Virus record (IMG/VR): IMGVR_UViG_3300010970_000150
Coordinates: 1-64,000 of that record
From: a virus
Strand: one strand, 5' to 3'
Length of the DNA: 64,000 bases
Below, piece by piece: positions 1 through 10,443 of this stretch (within the stretch, counting starts at the first letter, position 1; each line of letters begins with the position of its first letter). The translations under genes and the position numbers were made by a program. The notes beneath the pieces were generated by a model. That model worked only from the letters and a program-made list of their open reading frames with translations. It had not been told where the DNA came from and made no database searches.

Positions 1-41
1 GAGATGACCTTCAAACTATAATCGCTAACCGATTCCTGTAA
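1..41 (+). CDS. C-terminal end of capsid scaffolding protein (partial, copy A)
   Basis: Reads ..DDLQTIIANRFL*, similar to the end of 43493..44479 (..DDLNSVIEDYL*); same position directly upstream of the capsid gene. Confidence 0.6.
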   Translation, partial: DDLQTIIANRFL

Positions 42-73
42 TCATTCAAAACCCCTAAACCCTATATACTAAT

Positions 74-1105
74 ATGGCTAATCTCACAGAACCCTCCTTC
101 TCGTCTGGTAAGAGAGAAGAACTCGCTGACCTCATTGCTCTCGTTGATGCTAAGGATACTCCTTTCACCTCGATGGCTAAGAAGGGTAGCAAACCCGGAA
201 ATACTCTGTTCCGCTGGCAGGCTGATTCTCTTCCTACACCGAAGATTACTGGCACAGTCGATGGCACGGATGTTTCGACATACGAAAACTACACCAAGGA
301 TGGTGCTACCCAGTATCGTGCTGAACTCAGCAACTACATCCAAATCTTCAGACGCTCTGTCCGTGTGTCCCCGCTTACGCAGGATATCTCGACTATCGCT
401 GGTGTCCGTGATGAACTCGCTAACAATGTCGCTAAGGGCATTCAGGCTATCAAGCGTGATATGGAAGCCTCGATGTGTTCCGACAATGGTGCTCAGGCTG
501 ACGCTGGTGGTTCTACCCCCTACCTCACTCGTGGTCTCCACAAGTGGCTTCAACCGATTGCCACGAAGGATTCCGTCCTTCCTGTCATCGACCAGTTCTG
601 CACACCTACCGCCAATCGCTCGACTGTCGGTACTGCCGCCCTTACTGAATCCGTTGTCCAGAATGTCCTCACAGGCATCTATGGTCAGACTGGTCAGTTC
701 AAGGATTATGACCTCCTCTGCGGTACTGCCCTGAAGAGAGCGTTCACGAACCTCGTGTTCACCACGCCCTCCTCTGGCTCTCCGAACACCCAGACCGCCA
801 TCCGTACCTTCAATCGTGATTCGGAATCGTCTTCCTACATCGCCTCTGTTGATATTTTCGAGGGCGATTTCGGTAAGTTGAGACTCCACCCTTCCCACTA
901 CCTCAAGGCTTCCTCTGGCGTTGGTTCGACATTTGTCGGCTATGTCATTCCGTTTGACCAAGTCGAAGTGCGTTATGGTGGCAATGTCGCTGGCGTGACG
1001 GCTCTGCCGAACGCTGGTGGTGGCGAAGCCCGAATGATTGAAGCGGTTGCTGGACTTTGCGTCTACAACCCTCTGGCGTTCGGTGTGTTCGACTTCACAG
1101 CCTAA
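74..1105 (+). CDS. Major capsid protein, copy A (DUF5309/SU10-like HK97 fold)
   Basis: 343 aa; GKREELADLI..TPF, SNYIQIFRRSVRVS and FEGDFG motifs; paralog of 44500..45528, which follows portal and scaffold. Confidence 0.85.
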   Translation: MANLTEPSFSSGKREELADLIALVDAKDTPFTSMAKKGSKPGNTLFRWQADSLPTPKITGTVDGTDVSTYENYTKDGATQYRAELSNYIQIFRRSVRVSPLTQDISTIAGVRDELANNVAKGIQAIKRDMEASMCSDNGAQADAGGSTPYLTRGLHKWLQPIATKDSVLPVIDQFCTPTANRSTVGTAALTESVVQNVLTGIYGQTGQFKDYDLLCGTALKRAFTNLVFTTPSSGSPNTQTAIRTFNRDSESSSYIASVDIFEGDFGKLRLHPSHYLKASSGVGSTFVGYVIPFDQVEVRYGGNVAGVTALPNAGGGEARMIEAVAGLCVYNPLAFGVFDFTA

Positions 1106-1114
1106 TCCGCAGTA

Positions 1115-1480
1115 ATGTCAGACATCATTCAAAGTCTGGCTGACGCAGTCCCTGCCCACCTTCAAAAGAGGGTGGAGCAGGAACTCCTGTTGGGCTGGAG
1201 AATGAATGAGGTCAAGGCTAAGTCGGTTGCCAAGCAATCGGCTATTTTTCACAACAACAACGCCGCAAAAAGCGTTGATGGTATTGGCGAGAAAATCGCC
1301 TCTATCCCTCTGGATGCCTTTCACTACTGGTCTCACAGACTCGGCAAAGAATGCTGGTCTGATGACCAATTTGTGAACGACTTCATCAGAGATAACCCTG
1401 AGGTCGCAGTTAAAAATCGCATCAAGCGAACCTGCGTCCAAGGGGCAATTTTTACAGGTGACGGATATCTCATCAAATGA
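1115..1480 (+). CDS. Conserved hypothetical virion-associated protein, copy A
   Basis: 121 aa; paralog of 45534..45899 (HYW..RLG.ECW.D.QF). Confidence 0.7.
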   Translation: MSDIIQSLADAVPAHLQKRVEQELLLGWRMNEVKAKSVAKQSAIFHNNNAAKSVDGIGEKIASIPLDAFHYWSHRLGKECWSDDQFVNDFIRDNPEVAVKNRIKRTCVQGAIFTGDGYLIK

Positions 1481-2244
1481 GAACACAGAACTACTCCCAA
1501 ATCCTTTTTGACGCTCTCCAGTACTCTGGAAACGACCGCCAGAACATCACGGCAGAGACATTTGCTCAGTTCCGTGACTTCAGCAACGCTCGTATGCGTG
1601 AGGCTTGGGAGGCTAATAACTGGTCAGATGTCTGCCGCATTATTCCGTTTACTACAGCGGTTGATGTTAATAATGTAACATATTTCACACCTGCTTCAGA
1701 TGCTGGTGAAATCCTAGGAGTATTTACTAAGAACCCTCAGGAGACCACCAAGGCTGTCCAACTTCAGTACCAACTCTACGACAGCGGAACGGCTAAGAAG
1801 GTTATCCTGAACACGGCTATTGTCGATGGTTGGTATCTCTACCGAATTGCCTGCCCTGCTATTACAGGAGACCTCTATAGCCCTACTGTGGTGTACTATC
1901 AAGGCGTTCAGGTATACTTTGACGCTGGCTCTGGTACTGGCACTTTCACTCCTGTCCTAGGAAAGCCTCACACGGCTAATTTTTATACCTGTCTTGTAGC
2001 CTCTACGACTGCTGGGCAGAACCCTAATTCGCATCCATCATCTTGGGCTAAGGTAGAGATTCCTTATATCTTCTCTTCTTTTATGGCTTGGGCTTCTGCT
2101 TCTAACTGGCTTGTCTCTGAAGGACAAATCCAAGAGGCTGTTGTTATTGAGGAAAAGGCTAAACAGGTTCTTGATATGGAATACGACAAGACTCTTCGTC
2201 AACAGTCTCAGTTCGGAAGAATCAATATGACAAACACTTACTAA
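1477..2244 (+). CDS. Head-tail adaptor / tail tubular protein A-like, copy A
   Basis: 255 aa; position after capsid; paralog of 45896..46666; ATGA overlap. Confidence 0.6.
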   Translation: MRTQNYSQILFDALQYSGNDRQNITAETFAQFRDFSNARMREAWEANNWSDVCRIIPFTTAVDVNNVTYFTPASDAGEILGVFTKNPQETTKAVQLQYQLYDSGTAKKVILNTAIVDGWYLYRIACPAITGDLYSPTVVYYQGVQVYFDAGSGTGTFTPVLGKPHTANFYTCLVASTTAGQNPNSHPSSWAKVEIPYIFSSFMAWASASNWLVSEGQIQEAVVIEEKAKQVLDMEYDKTLRQQSQFGRINMTNTY

Positions 2245-2248
2245 TACA

Positions 2249-2548
2249 ATGGCTAACATCTCATTCACATCTCCTTTTATTCGTGGCTTTACCCATACCG
2301 ATGTTACAATTGGTACATCTGCCTCTACAGCCCTTGCGGTTGCCGTTACACCCGAAAGGCGTGTCAGCGTCATTATTCAGAACCAACACGCTTCGGCACT
2401 CCTTACTGTCATCTTAGCCGCCGATGGTACTGCTGGATTAAAGGTCAAGGCTGGCGAAAGCATTAGTCTTGATAACTACAACGGCATCATCCGTTGCTTA
2501 TCTGATACTGCCTCGACTCCTGTCCATATCGCCTACGCTGTTTGCTAA
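2249..2548 (+). CDS. Small beta-rich structural protein, copy A
   Basis: 99 aa; paralog of 46666..46971. Confidence 0.65.
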   Translation: MANISFTSPFIRGFTHTDVTIGTSASTALAVAVTPERRVSVIIQNQHASALLTVILAADGTAGLKVKAGESISLDNYNGIIRCLSDTASTPVHIAYAVC

Positions 2549-3402
2549 TGGGCGTTGATTTCCATTGGATAGGTACGACTATATCCTCTGGGTCTAGTCA
2601 TAACGGATTTAGCAAGATTGTGTCGTTTCCAAGCGTTGCTGGCTTCCCTGCGTACGGAACTGAGATTTCTAGGGCTTATAACACGCCCTATTCTGCTGGG
2701 TCTGTAATGGTTACAGTAAATGGAGTAAATTACTACAGTCAGTTCGCTGATTTCGTCACATATGCGGACGGGGCTGGAGGCACATTTACGGCTTGGGAAA
2801 ACATCAACACTTACGGATATAATGGCGTTCCATTTGCGACATATAATCATACATCTCCGTATCCGCAGACAACATATTACGACTTTGGTGGATATATTGG
2901 AGGTCAATATACTCAGTATTATACTCAAGATTTATATCTGCACAATGGTACTGGAAGTTATAATGTCGAGCAGAACGGAGTCAGTTATTACTCTTACGGG
3001 ACATTCATCGCACAAAGTTCTACCGCAGAGACGATGTATTATAACGGAACTTCTGGCCCAGTTCCGACAGGCAGAAACGAATTAGTTGATTACAAGTGGG
3101 ATGGTAGCGGTGGTTACTTCACGGCGTTTGCTGGCTACTCTGGAAGTTATTACTCCTACGGCACAGTTGTTGAATACGGCTATACGAATATGTATAATTC
3201 CCAATATATTAATGGGAGTTATTATGACGATGGAACTTATACCAATACTGATGCTTGGATTCATAACGGAAGCGGCAGTATCATCCAAGGAAGCGTTTCT
3301 GGGCTAGGTTCTTATTATGCTTACGGAACATACATCACATCTGATGGTATGTATAATTACTATTGGAATGGCTCTGGTGGATATTATACTGAAAATATCT
3401 GA
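2548..3402 (+). CDS. Tyr/Gly-rich repeat protein (putative fibre/decoration), copy A
   Basis: Start re-called at the TAATG overlap (2548) to match paralog 46971; repeats such as YYSYGT..Y.W(D/N)GSGGY. Confidence 0.7.
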   Translation: MGVDFHWIGTTISSGSSHNGFSKIVSFPSVAGFPAYGTEISRAYNTPYSAGSVMVTVNGVNYYSQFADFVTYADGAGGTFTAWENINTYGYNGVPFATYNHTSPYPQTTYYDFGGYIGGQYTQYYTQDLYLHNGTGSYNVEQNGVSYYSYGTFIAQSSTAETMYYNGTSGPVPTGRNELVDYKWDGSGGYFTAFAGYSGSYYSYGTVVEYGYTNMYNSQYINGSYYDDGTYTNTDAWIHNGSGSIIQGSVSGLGSYYAYGTYITSDGMYNYYWNGSGGYYTENI

Positions 3403-3417
3403 CAACTCATAAACTTT

Positions 3418-3600
3418 ATGGCTTCTGAAACTATCATTCAAAAAGGCTGGACTGCTTTCGTCAAAGACGATAAGTGCTTTGGCTATCAAGAGTTCACAAG
3501 AGAGGGCAAGTACTATGGCGTTCTTACGCTTATCAATAAGCCCACCGAGTCTCAACTGAAGGCTGAACTCAAGCGTCTCAAAATTTCTCTACCTAAATGA
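3418..3600 (+). CDS. Hypothetical protein (60 aa)
   Basis: In-operon ORF, identical copy at 47841..48023. Confidence 0.65.
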   Translation: MASETIIQKGWTAFVKDDKCFGYQEFTREGKYYGVLTLINKPTESQLKAELKRLKISLPK

Positions 3601-3704
3601 TTACCCTTATCCTTTCTACAATCACCTTTCTTGGTGGCGTTTATGTTGGTGCTCGCTGGGCTGACAAACTCAAGGATATCTACTATTCCATCGTATCTAG
3701 ATAA
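3597..3704 (+). CDS. Small membrane protein (35 aa, not in ORF track)
   Basis: MITLILSTITFLGGVYVGARWADKLKDIYYSIVSR; ATGA and TAATG overlaps with both neighbours. Confidence 0.6.
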   Translation: MITLILSTITFLGGVYVGARWADKLKDIYYSIVSR

Positions 3705-6004
3705 TGCCTAATGAATTCCTAAAGGACGGAGATATCAGTTTTGTCGGGCTTAACAGCCGTGACAATCCTGCATCTTTGTCTGCTGGAATTGTTAGCAGGT
3801 CTCAGAATTTCAGAATGGATAGGGGTGTTGCAACCGCAAGAAAAGGTCTGCAACGCAAGACTATTGGCTCTTTGGTTGGGCAAACCATCTACGGCACAGG
3901 CACATACATCCTTTCTTCTGGACAAGAAGTTATTGTTATTGTTGTTGCAGATGGTCTATACAGTTACAACCCGCAGACAGAAATTCTTTCCTCAAAGGTC
4001 TATTTCCCTAGCAGGGTAACAGGGAAGACGCTTTCATCTTCTGATTCGCTTACTGTTACAGTTACATCAGCCGCCCACGGACTGCTGGCTGGTGCAAGTG
4101 TGTATGTAGAATGCAGTAGCGTAGGGTATACTGGATTGTTTGTTGTTTCATCTGTTGCAACAAACACATTCACCTACACAATGCCCTCTGTTGCAAGTGC
4201 AGGGGCTGTGTCTGGTGTTGCCTGTAGTTATAGTGCCGCACAGTTAGTTACTACCCCAGACGGCTGTGATGTCTGTAATGCGTTTGACAAGGTTTTTATC
4301 AGTCGTGGCTTTGATAAGCGTCCGTTGATGTGGGACTTAAATGTAACCATAACTGCCCTTCCTGTTTCTCCTTCTTCTGGTCACCAGTTCCCTAACTGCT
4401 CTGGTCTGATGTTCTATGCAAATAGACTTATTGCCCTAGGAAAGCACCACAACGAGCCAACTGCACTCAGAAACTACGACACAGTTTCCGTAAGCAACTT
4501 CCTAGATTATGAAATGTGGGATGCCCTTGATGCGTTCACCATCAACAATGGCGGCAACGACCAAATAGTTAGCATCTCTCCGTGGACTCTTAATGAGTTC
4601 TTGGTGTTTATGCGTAACAGCATCTTCTATATTGGCGTTGGAACTAGTAGGTATATATCTGGAGATGCTCTTTCGGCAGACTCGTATGTTAGAACCCTTG
4701 CTACGGACATCGGCTGTTCGGCACGAAAGTCAGTCGTACAGGCTGGCGGTGGCGTGTTCTTCCTATCTGACAGCGGTGTTTACTTCCTCCAGCCTCAACC
4801 CGCTTCTGCGGAGTCGATGAAGTTGCTGACTATGGCTGACCCAATCTCAGCCCCGATTGACAATGTTATCCAGCGTATCAACAAAAACTATGCCTACCGA
4901 GCCGTTGCTACTTATTGGAACAATCGCTATTACCTTGCAGTTCCGCTTGACGATAGTACTGTCAATAATACTGTACTTGTATACAATTTTATTCTGAGGC
5001 AATGGGAGTCGGTTGATACATATCCTACGCTGGTAACTACAAAAAATCCCCTTACGGCTGATGTTTGGCAGTTTGGTGGCACTTATCCAAATTATATAAA
5101 TAACGGGGATATATATATTCAAATTACTAAAAATTCTGCACTTCCTAATCACGGACTTGCTGTTAATGATTATGTAACTGTAAATTTTGCCAATGATTCT
5201 TATTCTGGAGCAACACTTGTTGTCGGGAAGCATCCACCTAACGGAACATACAAAGTATTAAGTGGACAGCCGTTTTCTGATGTATATTTTACAATTAAGA
5301 TTCCATTAGACTCATTTGAGTCTCTTCCGTTTACTGGAAGTGACACGACTCCAAATTATATTTATACCTCTGGGCTTAGTCCTGCATTTTCTAAGGCTGA
5401 ATCAATTGCCCTTAAAGATTTCATTGTTGTTAAAAAGAACAACCAGAGAAGAATGTTTATTGTAGATAATGCACAGGGCATCTTTTTGACTGAGGAACTA
5501 GACTGGGATGAGTTTGGAGACTCACTTGGTGGCCCTATTTTGCCGTCTCCGTTAGATTCAGACACCCCTGCAAGCATTGCACAGGGTAAATATGGTAATC
5601 TAATTTTGGTGGCTACAACGGACTCAACAGGAGCACCAAATGCTAATGTGATTATTCTAAATCCACTTGAGTTTACAAAAAACGATATTAACGCTGTTCT
5701 TCAAACACGAAAATACTCATTCCTAGGTATTGGAGATAAGCGTTTTAGTTCTTATGTAGCAGAAATGGTTACCTCTGGAGGTGACTATATTGAAACATAT
5801 GCCGATGTTTCTAATCCTGATGTATACTTTAGGGTTGATGCATTTGGTGCGGCTGGCTATGAAGACTATGTAAGAGCCAATCCAATTAGAAAAACTGGTT
5901 CTGGTATGAGCATCAAATTTATTTCATATTCAAAAAGACCTTCTATTCGCTCTGTGTTTGTAAATGCACAAATTCAGAAACATAACAATCTAAACAAGAA
6001 ATAA
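3704..6004 (+). CDS. Tail tubular protein B / P22 gp10-like nozzle, copy A'
   Basis: 766 aa; DIGCSARKSV..GGGVFFLSDSGVY beta-propeller-like motif; WNNRYYLAVP; position in module. Confidence 0.7.
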   Translation: MPNEFLKDGDISFVGLNSRDNPASLSAGIVSRSQNFRMDRGVATARKGLQRKTIGSLVGQTIYGTGTYILSSGQEVIVIVVADGLYSYNPQTEILSSKVYFPSRVTGKTLSSSDSLTVTVTSAAHGLLAGASVYVECSSVGYTGLFVVSSVATNTFTYTMPSVASAGAVSGVACSYSAAQLVTTPDGCDVCNAFDKVFISRGFDKRPLMWDLNVTITALPVSPSSGHQFPNCSGLMFYANRLIALGKHHNEPTALRNYDTVSVSNFLDYEMWDALDAFTINNGGNDQIVSISPWTLNEFLVFMRNSIFYIGVGTSRYISGDALSADSYVRTLATDIGCSARKSVVQAGGGVFFLSDSGVYFLQPQPASAESMKLLTMADPISAPIDNVIQRINKNYAYRAVATYWNNRYYLAVPLDDSTVNNTVLVYNFILRQWESVDTYPTLVTTKNPLTADVWQFGGTYPNYINNGDIYIQITKNSALPNHGLAVNDYVTVNFANDSYSGATLVVGKHPPNGTYKVLSGQPFSDVYFTIKIPLDSFESLPFTGSDTTPNYIYTSGLSPAFSKAESIALKDFIVVKKNNQRRMFIVDNAQGIFLTEELDWDEFGDSLGGPILPSPLDSDTPASIAQGKYGNLILVATTDSTGAPNANVIILNPLEFTKNDINAVLQTRKYSFLGIGDKRFSSYVAEMVTSGGDYIETYADVSNPDVYFRVDAFGAAGYEDYVRANPIRKTGSGMSIKFISYSKRPSIRSVFVNAQIQKHNNLNKK

Positions 6005-6005
6005 T

Positions 6006-7166
6006 ATGCCACAAATCTCTAAAGGCGATACATTTGCCAACAATCAGCAACTTACAGCCGCTAGACTTAATCAGTTAGTTGATGCGGCTACTATCACAGT
6101 TAATGTGATTACAGACCAGACTCCTATTGCGTCAAATACACTTGAAGCGACTGACACCACAATTGTGAGTGATTCTGGTGTCTTTAAAAAAGCCGCTATT
6201 TCCGATTTTGTTGGTAGCGGTATTCCTGTTATTTCTCCCAGTGTAACATCTACTGCTAATAAAGACATTACCATTACTCCATTTGATGGTGTTTCTGTTG
6301 TTGGTAGCAACTACATCAGCACAGATGGAATTACAGTTACAGTAACTACTATTGCCGCTCACGAACTTTCTGTCAATCAGGTGATTACAATCTCTGGTGC
6401 TGGAACTGGATATAATGGCACTTTTAAGATTACAGAAGTTACTACATATACTTTTAAATATGTTCTTTTTGTTGCCGCAACAACACTTACACCTGTTGCT
6501 ACTGCTTGTACCTACATTAGAGAAGGAACAGCCAAGATTGCTGGACAGGCTGTTGTTTCAGATAATCTGTTTGTAAGTGGAAATGTAAATGCTCCAGTAA
6601 TTCAGTCTACATCTGTTGCAACAACAAATGTCACTTCCGACACTGCTACAATTAAAACAACAAATGTAACTACGGCACTTCAAATTTCTGGAACTCCTGT
6701 ATGGGGTCTTGTTTCAATTACAGATACTACAATTCCATTTTTTCAGTGCAATGGAACAACAGCAAGTGGAATTTCTACAACTTGTAATCAGTGGGTTACA
6801 TTTTTAACTCTAAGCGGACTTACAAAAACAAATAAAGAACAGTGGATTGTTGAAGCAGATTTTCCGTGTAATCAGTATACTCTTTACAGTGCTAGATTTA
6901 GAATTACTGTTGGTAGCACAGGTGCGGTTTATGCTATGCAGTTTAATTACATTCAGAATTATTCAAACTTTTTACTAAATCAGATTAAGATGTCTGCTCT
7001 TATTACTGAAGGTACAGTTCTTACAAGCGATTCTATCAAGATTGAGGTATTTTATAACTGCTCTGTTGTTGGGCCTTCTAATGTCTGTAATATTGGATAT
7101 GGCGGGGGGCTTGTTGACCCTACAGTTACATCTAGAGTTAGAACAACAAAGTACATTAAGCCGTAA
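6006..7166 (+). CDS. Tail fibre/spike protein, copy A'
   Basis: 386 aa, Thr/Val-rich; N-terminus shared with 50432..51670, C-terminus unrelated. Confidence 0.6.
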   Translation: MPQISKGDTFANNQQLTAARLNQLVDAATITVNVITDQTPIASNTLEATDTTIVSDSGVFKKAAISDFVGSGIPVISPSVTSTANKDITITPFDGVSVVGSNYISTDGITVTVTTIAAHELSVNQVITISGAGTGYNGTFKITEVTTYTFKYVLFVAATTLTPVATACTYIREGTAKIAGQAVVSDNLFVSGNVNAPVIQSTSVATTNVTSDTATIKTTNVTTALQISGTPVWGLVSITDTTIPFFQCNGTTASGISTTCNQWVTFLTLSGLTKTNKEQWIVEADFPCNQYTLYSARFRITVGSTGAVYAMQFNYIQNYSNFLLNQIKMSALITEGTVLTSDSIKIEVFYNCSVVGPSNVCNIGYGGGLVDPTVTSRVRTTKYIKP

Positions 7167-7595
7167 GTGTTGCCAGAAAGGTTAAAAATTGTACACGACT
7201 ATATCCTTCAAGCAAGGAGCAGGTCTAAGCGTATAGTTTTTGACATTATACACCTTGAAGAGTGGATTAAATGGGCAGACAAAAATGGGTTTCTTTTCAC
7301 TAATACTGAAAACGGAAAGGTAGATGGAGTTGTTGTAATCTACCCAATTGGAAGATGGGGAAAGGCTCCTATTCTAAGCCAAGTCCTTGGGCAATGCGGA
7401 TTTAAGGGAACACCAACAGACTACTTTATTATGGATGCTTTAGTTGACAATTCCAATTCAAGGTCAATTATATGCTCTAATATCTGTAAAGCATTTCCTC
7501 AAATTGAAAGTGACCCTGAGTCTCAATTGTGGTGTCAAAAGGGTGACAGGATAACAAAACTCTCTAAAAATCATACTATAAATCTTAAAAACTAA
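7167..7595 (+). CDS. Hypothetical protein (possible GNAT-like fold, T7 gp13-like position)
   Basis: 142 aa; weak paralog of 51670..52095 (WAD..G...YP..IMD). Confidence 0.5.
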   Translation: MLPERLKIVHDYILQARSRSKRIVFDIIHLEEWIKWADKNGFLFTNTENGKVDGVVVIYPIGRWGKAPILSQVLGQCGFKGTPTDYFIMDALVDNSNSRSIICSNICKAFPQIESDPESQLWCQKGDRITKLSKNHTINLKN

Positions 7596-8473
7596 TGGGT
7601 TCTACAAAAGTTCAAGCACCACCTCCTAGGGATTACTACAAGGAGTCGATGGATACAATTCGAGCACAAATCGATATGGCTCCTCTGCTTCTGGATGCCG
7701 AAAAAAGACTTGTTCCTCAGTGGCAACAGTTGCAATTAGAGCAGATGCGTGGTCAGGCTAATAACCTGCAAACATTCTATGGAGAAGTAATGACTCCATT
7801 TTCAAAGTTGGCTGGCAAATATGCTACTGAAATGGGTGCTAATGCTATGACTCCACTTGCTCAGTCTAGTAGAAGTGCTTACGAGTCTTCCCTTAATGGT
7901 GGTGCTGAAATTCAAAATAGACTTAGAGCATCTGCAATGAATGACCTTGATGCTGGAAGAGGACTTACTCCTGAAATGCAAAAAGTGGGTGACCAGTCTG
8001 CTCGTTCTGCCTTTGCCGCAAGAGGTCTGGGTACTGGATATCAAAGTGCTATGCAGGAAGTGCTTAATAATTACAATCTTGGAAATCAGCGTGAAGACAG
8101 GGCCAGAACATTTGCTGGTGCTGTCCTTGCCACAGACCAGAACATTGCTCAGGCTGGATACAGCCAGTATGGTGCTCCAATGATGCAGGGTGTTATGCAG
8201 GGATTTAGCCCTACTGGCATTGCCGCTAATGCTATGGGAATGAATCAAAGCCTTGGCCCGACATACCTCAACCCTCAAGACCAGATGGCTCAAAACATTT
8301 ACGCCAATAACTACAATGGTCAACTTCAGGCCAATGTTGCTACTGCTCAGAACAAGTCTGCACTTACTGGTGGACTTCTTAGTGCGGCTGGAAGCATTGC
8401 TGGTTCTGCGTTTGGTGCTGGTGGTATGTTTGGCAAGTCTACTGCGGCTACAAACAACTTCTATAACTCTTAA
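7595..8473 (+). CDS. Internal virion/ejection protein (small), copy A'
   Basis: 292 aa, Q/A/G-rich, AFAARGL, Gly-rich hydrophobic C-terminus; paralog of 52100..53176. Confidence 0.6.
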   Translation: MGSTKVQAPPPRDYYKESMDTIRAQIDMAPLLLDAEKRLVPQWQQLQLEQMRGQANNLQTFYGEVMTPFSKLAGKYATEMGANAMTPLAQSSRSAYESSLNGGAEIQNRLRASAMNDLDAGRGLTPEMQKVGDQSARSAFAARGLGTGYQSAMQEVLNNYNLGNQREDRARTFAGAVLATDQNIAQAGYSQYGAPMMQGVMQGFSPTGIAANAMGMNQSLGPTYLNPQDQMAQNIYANNYNGQLQANVATAQNKSALTGGLLSAAGSIAGSAFGAGGMFGKSTAATNNFYNS

Positions 8474-8475
8474 TT

Positions 8476-10443
8476 ATGCCTAGTCCTTTTTCTAAATACA
8501 CTGGAGAACAGGTTCAGCAAATCAATATCCTGCCTTATACACAGGCAATGGCTAATAATACCCAGCAAGCGATTGCTGGTGTTGGAGTAAACATTGCAAA
8601 GGCTATCGAGGGATACAGAGCGGCAAAAGATGAAAGAGAGTTTCTAAAGGCTCAGGTTCAGGCAATTACTGGAAAGTATATTGTACAAGACCCAACTGAA
8701 GATGCTCCTAAGAATGTAGTTAAGGCTGAGGCTCCTGACCATATCAGTCAGATTGCAACTAAGGCTATTAATTCTGAAGATGGATGGGATGGCCTTTCTT
8801 CATCTGATATGCGTGGCTTTTTGGCAAACCACCAAAGAACTCAGGCTGAAGCAAGAGTTGCATTTGAAGAACAGTATAAGACAGAAAATCTTAACCTTCA
8901 GAAAAAGCAGTATCTACTTCAAGAAGAAGCCAATCGTATGGCTAGGCAAAGGAATTTCTGGGAAGTTAAGAAAGCCAGAGATGAAGCGGCTATTCAGGAT
9001 GCTAAACTTGAAGTTCTTAATGCAGAAGTTGACCCTGTTGTTAGGCACACATTTACCAAAAAAGAAGAAGTAAAGACTGCTACATTTTACAATCAGACTA
9101 CTGGTGAAGAGTGGAATGGCCCTGTTGCCGAGGCCGCTACGGCCCTTGGCGTTAAGCCAGAAGACATTGTATCCCAGCAACAGTATGATGCCCTTGTTGA
9201 AGGTCTTAAGGCTAAGCCTGAGCAGGTTGTTGGTCGTATTTACTCAAGAGACGCAAACTTTGACCCTACGCTTCCATTTGATAAACAAAGCGGAGTTCGC
9301 ATAAAGGATGAAGACGGAGTTGAGAGAACCGACCCTCAAAGATTTGTTGAAGGTATGTACAGGGCCAGTCTTAAGGCTGGCGTTAACCCTGATGCGGCTA
9401 AGCGTCTTTTCTTTACTAACAAAGAAACAGGCGGTTTCAACACAAGCATTAATGTCAACGAAGAGACTTGGGCGGCGGCAACAAAACTTGCTACAAAGCC
9501 ATCTATTCAGGCCGTTCTTAAGCGTGATGGACATACATTGACTCCTCCTGTTGCTACAGGAATTAATAAGTTTGCTCTAGTTGAAGGCAGTGAGGGTGGT
9601 TATACTAACGAAAATAAGGTTACTACTGAGATTAAACTCAATGAAAGAGAAATCTGGGATGCCAAGTATGAGGCTATGGCTGAAAAATTTAGAGCAAGAG
9701 GAAAGCAGGTTCCATTTTCTAGAAATCAACTTGATACGCTAATTGGAGATAAGAGTGTTCCTTCTATGACGCTTCCTAACGGACAGCGTGTTTATGTATT
9801 TGGTACAAAGCCTTATACTGAGTCTCAACTTAATGCTCTTGCCAATGGTGTTGATGTTGATGGTGGCGTTGCGGCTGATGAAACAGTTGGTCACGCTAAA
9901 CTAGTTCAGTTTGATGGCTGGCTTAGACAGTTTAACCAGCCTAAGGACATTGGTGCTGGTGTTAAGGTGCAGTTTAAGGGCGGCTATAGGCAGTTCCGTG
10001 GCGATATGGAAAAGGACAAGGAAGCCCTTTCTCAGGCAATGATTGATATTCCTAAGGTTACTCGTGTGGCTGATGGAATGATTAAACTTACCAATGAAGG
10101 TTTTGCTAAGAAGGTTATGTCTCCCCAGTGGAATGCAGAATATGAAAATCTTAGACTGACGGCTGAAACGATGAGAACCTACTTTATCGCCAAGGGTCAG
10201 GAAACCGACAAGGACAATGCAAGACTTGCGGCAATTGTTGCCGACCAAGGATTGTGGCTTAAGGCCAACCCTGAATTGGCTAAGAAGATTATTGAGAACT
10301 TCAGGGAAATTGTTGTTGAAGGTTCCTCAAGAAGGCTTGCAGAGGCTGGGTTTGCAGTATCTAGTCCTAAGGCTAATATCGATAGAACGGCACTTCGCAA
10401 GTTGCTCGATGAGGCTGAATCCAAGTTTGCACCTAAAAAGTAA
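8476..10443 (+). CDS. Internal virion/ejection protein (medium), copy A'
   Basis: 655 aa; N-terminal FSKYTG..QQI resembles 53182..55743; precedes the giant gene. Confidence 0.55.
   Translation: MPSPFSKYTGEQVQQINILPYTQAMANNTQQAIAGVGVNIAKAIEGYRAAKDEREFLKAQVQAITGKYIVQDPTEDAPKNVVKAEAPDHISQIATKAINSEDGWDGLSSSDMRGFLANHQRTQAEARVAFEEQYKTENLNLQKKQYLLQEEANRMARQRNFWEVKKARDEAAIQDAKLEVLNAEVDPVVRHTFTKKEEVKTATFYNQTTGEEWNGPVAEAATALGVKPEDIVSQQQYDALVEGLKAKPEQVVGRIYSRDANFDPTLPFDKQSGVRIKDEDGVERTDPQRFVEGMYRASLKAGVNPDAAKRLFFTNKETGGFNTSINVNEETWAAATKLATKPSIQAVLKRDGHTLTPPVATGINKFALVEGSEGGYTNENKVTTEIKLNEREIWDAKYEAMAEKFRARGKQVPFSRNQLDTLIGDKSVPSMTLPNGQRVYVFGTKPYTESQLNALANGVDVDGGVAADETVGHAKLVQFDGWLRQFNQPKDIGAGVKVQFKGGYRQFRGDMEKDKEALSQAMIDIPKVTRVADGMIKLTNEGFAKKVMSPQWNAEYENLRLTAETMRTYFIAKGQETDKDNARLAAIVADQGLWLKANPELAKKIIENFREIVVEGSSRRLAEAGFAVSSPKANIDRTALRKLLDEAESKFAPKK

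Larger units (their letters stand above)
3031..5341 (+). repeat. 2.3-kb direct repeat, copy 1
   Basis: Matches 47454..49764 (offset 44,423); all ORF translations inside are identical; last mismatch before is 3030 and first after is 5342. Confidence 0.9.

Noticed and set aside
62-961. Long antisense ORFs (also 13422-14429, 30420-31163, 32282-33076, 41575-42405, 44509-45330, 58707-59555)
   Set aside because: Shadows of well-supported genes on the opposite strand; no recognisable motifs
2548-3402. Diversity-generating retroelement TR/VR pair (Tyr-rich gene duplicated at 46971)
   Set aside because: Differences are mostly synonymous and not adenine-specific; no reverse transcriptase in the window
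3031-5341. Direct terminal repeat or prophage att sites
   Set aside because: Repeat ends fall inside genes, the flanks are paralogous phage genes rather than host DNA, and no integrase is present
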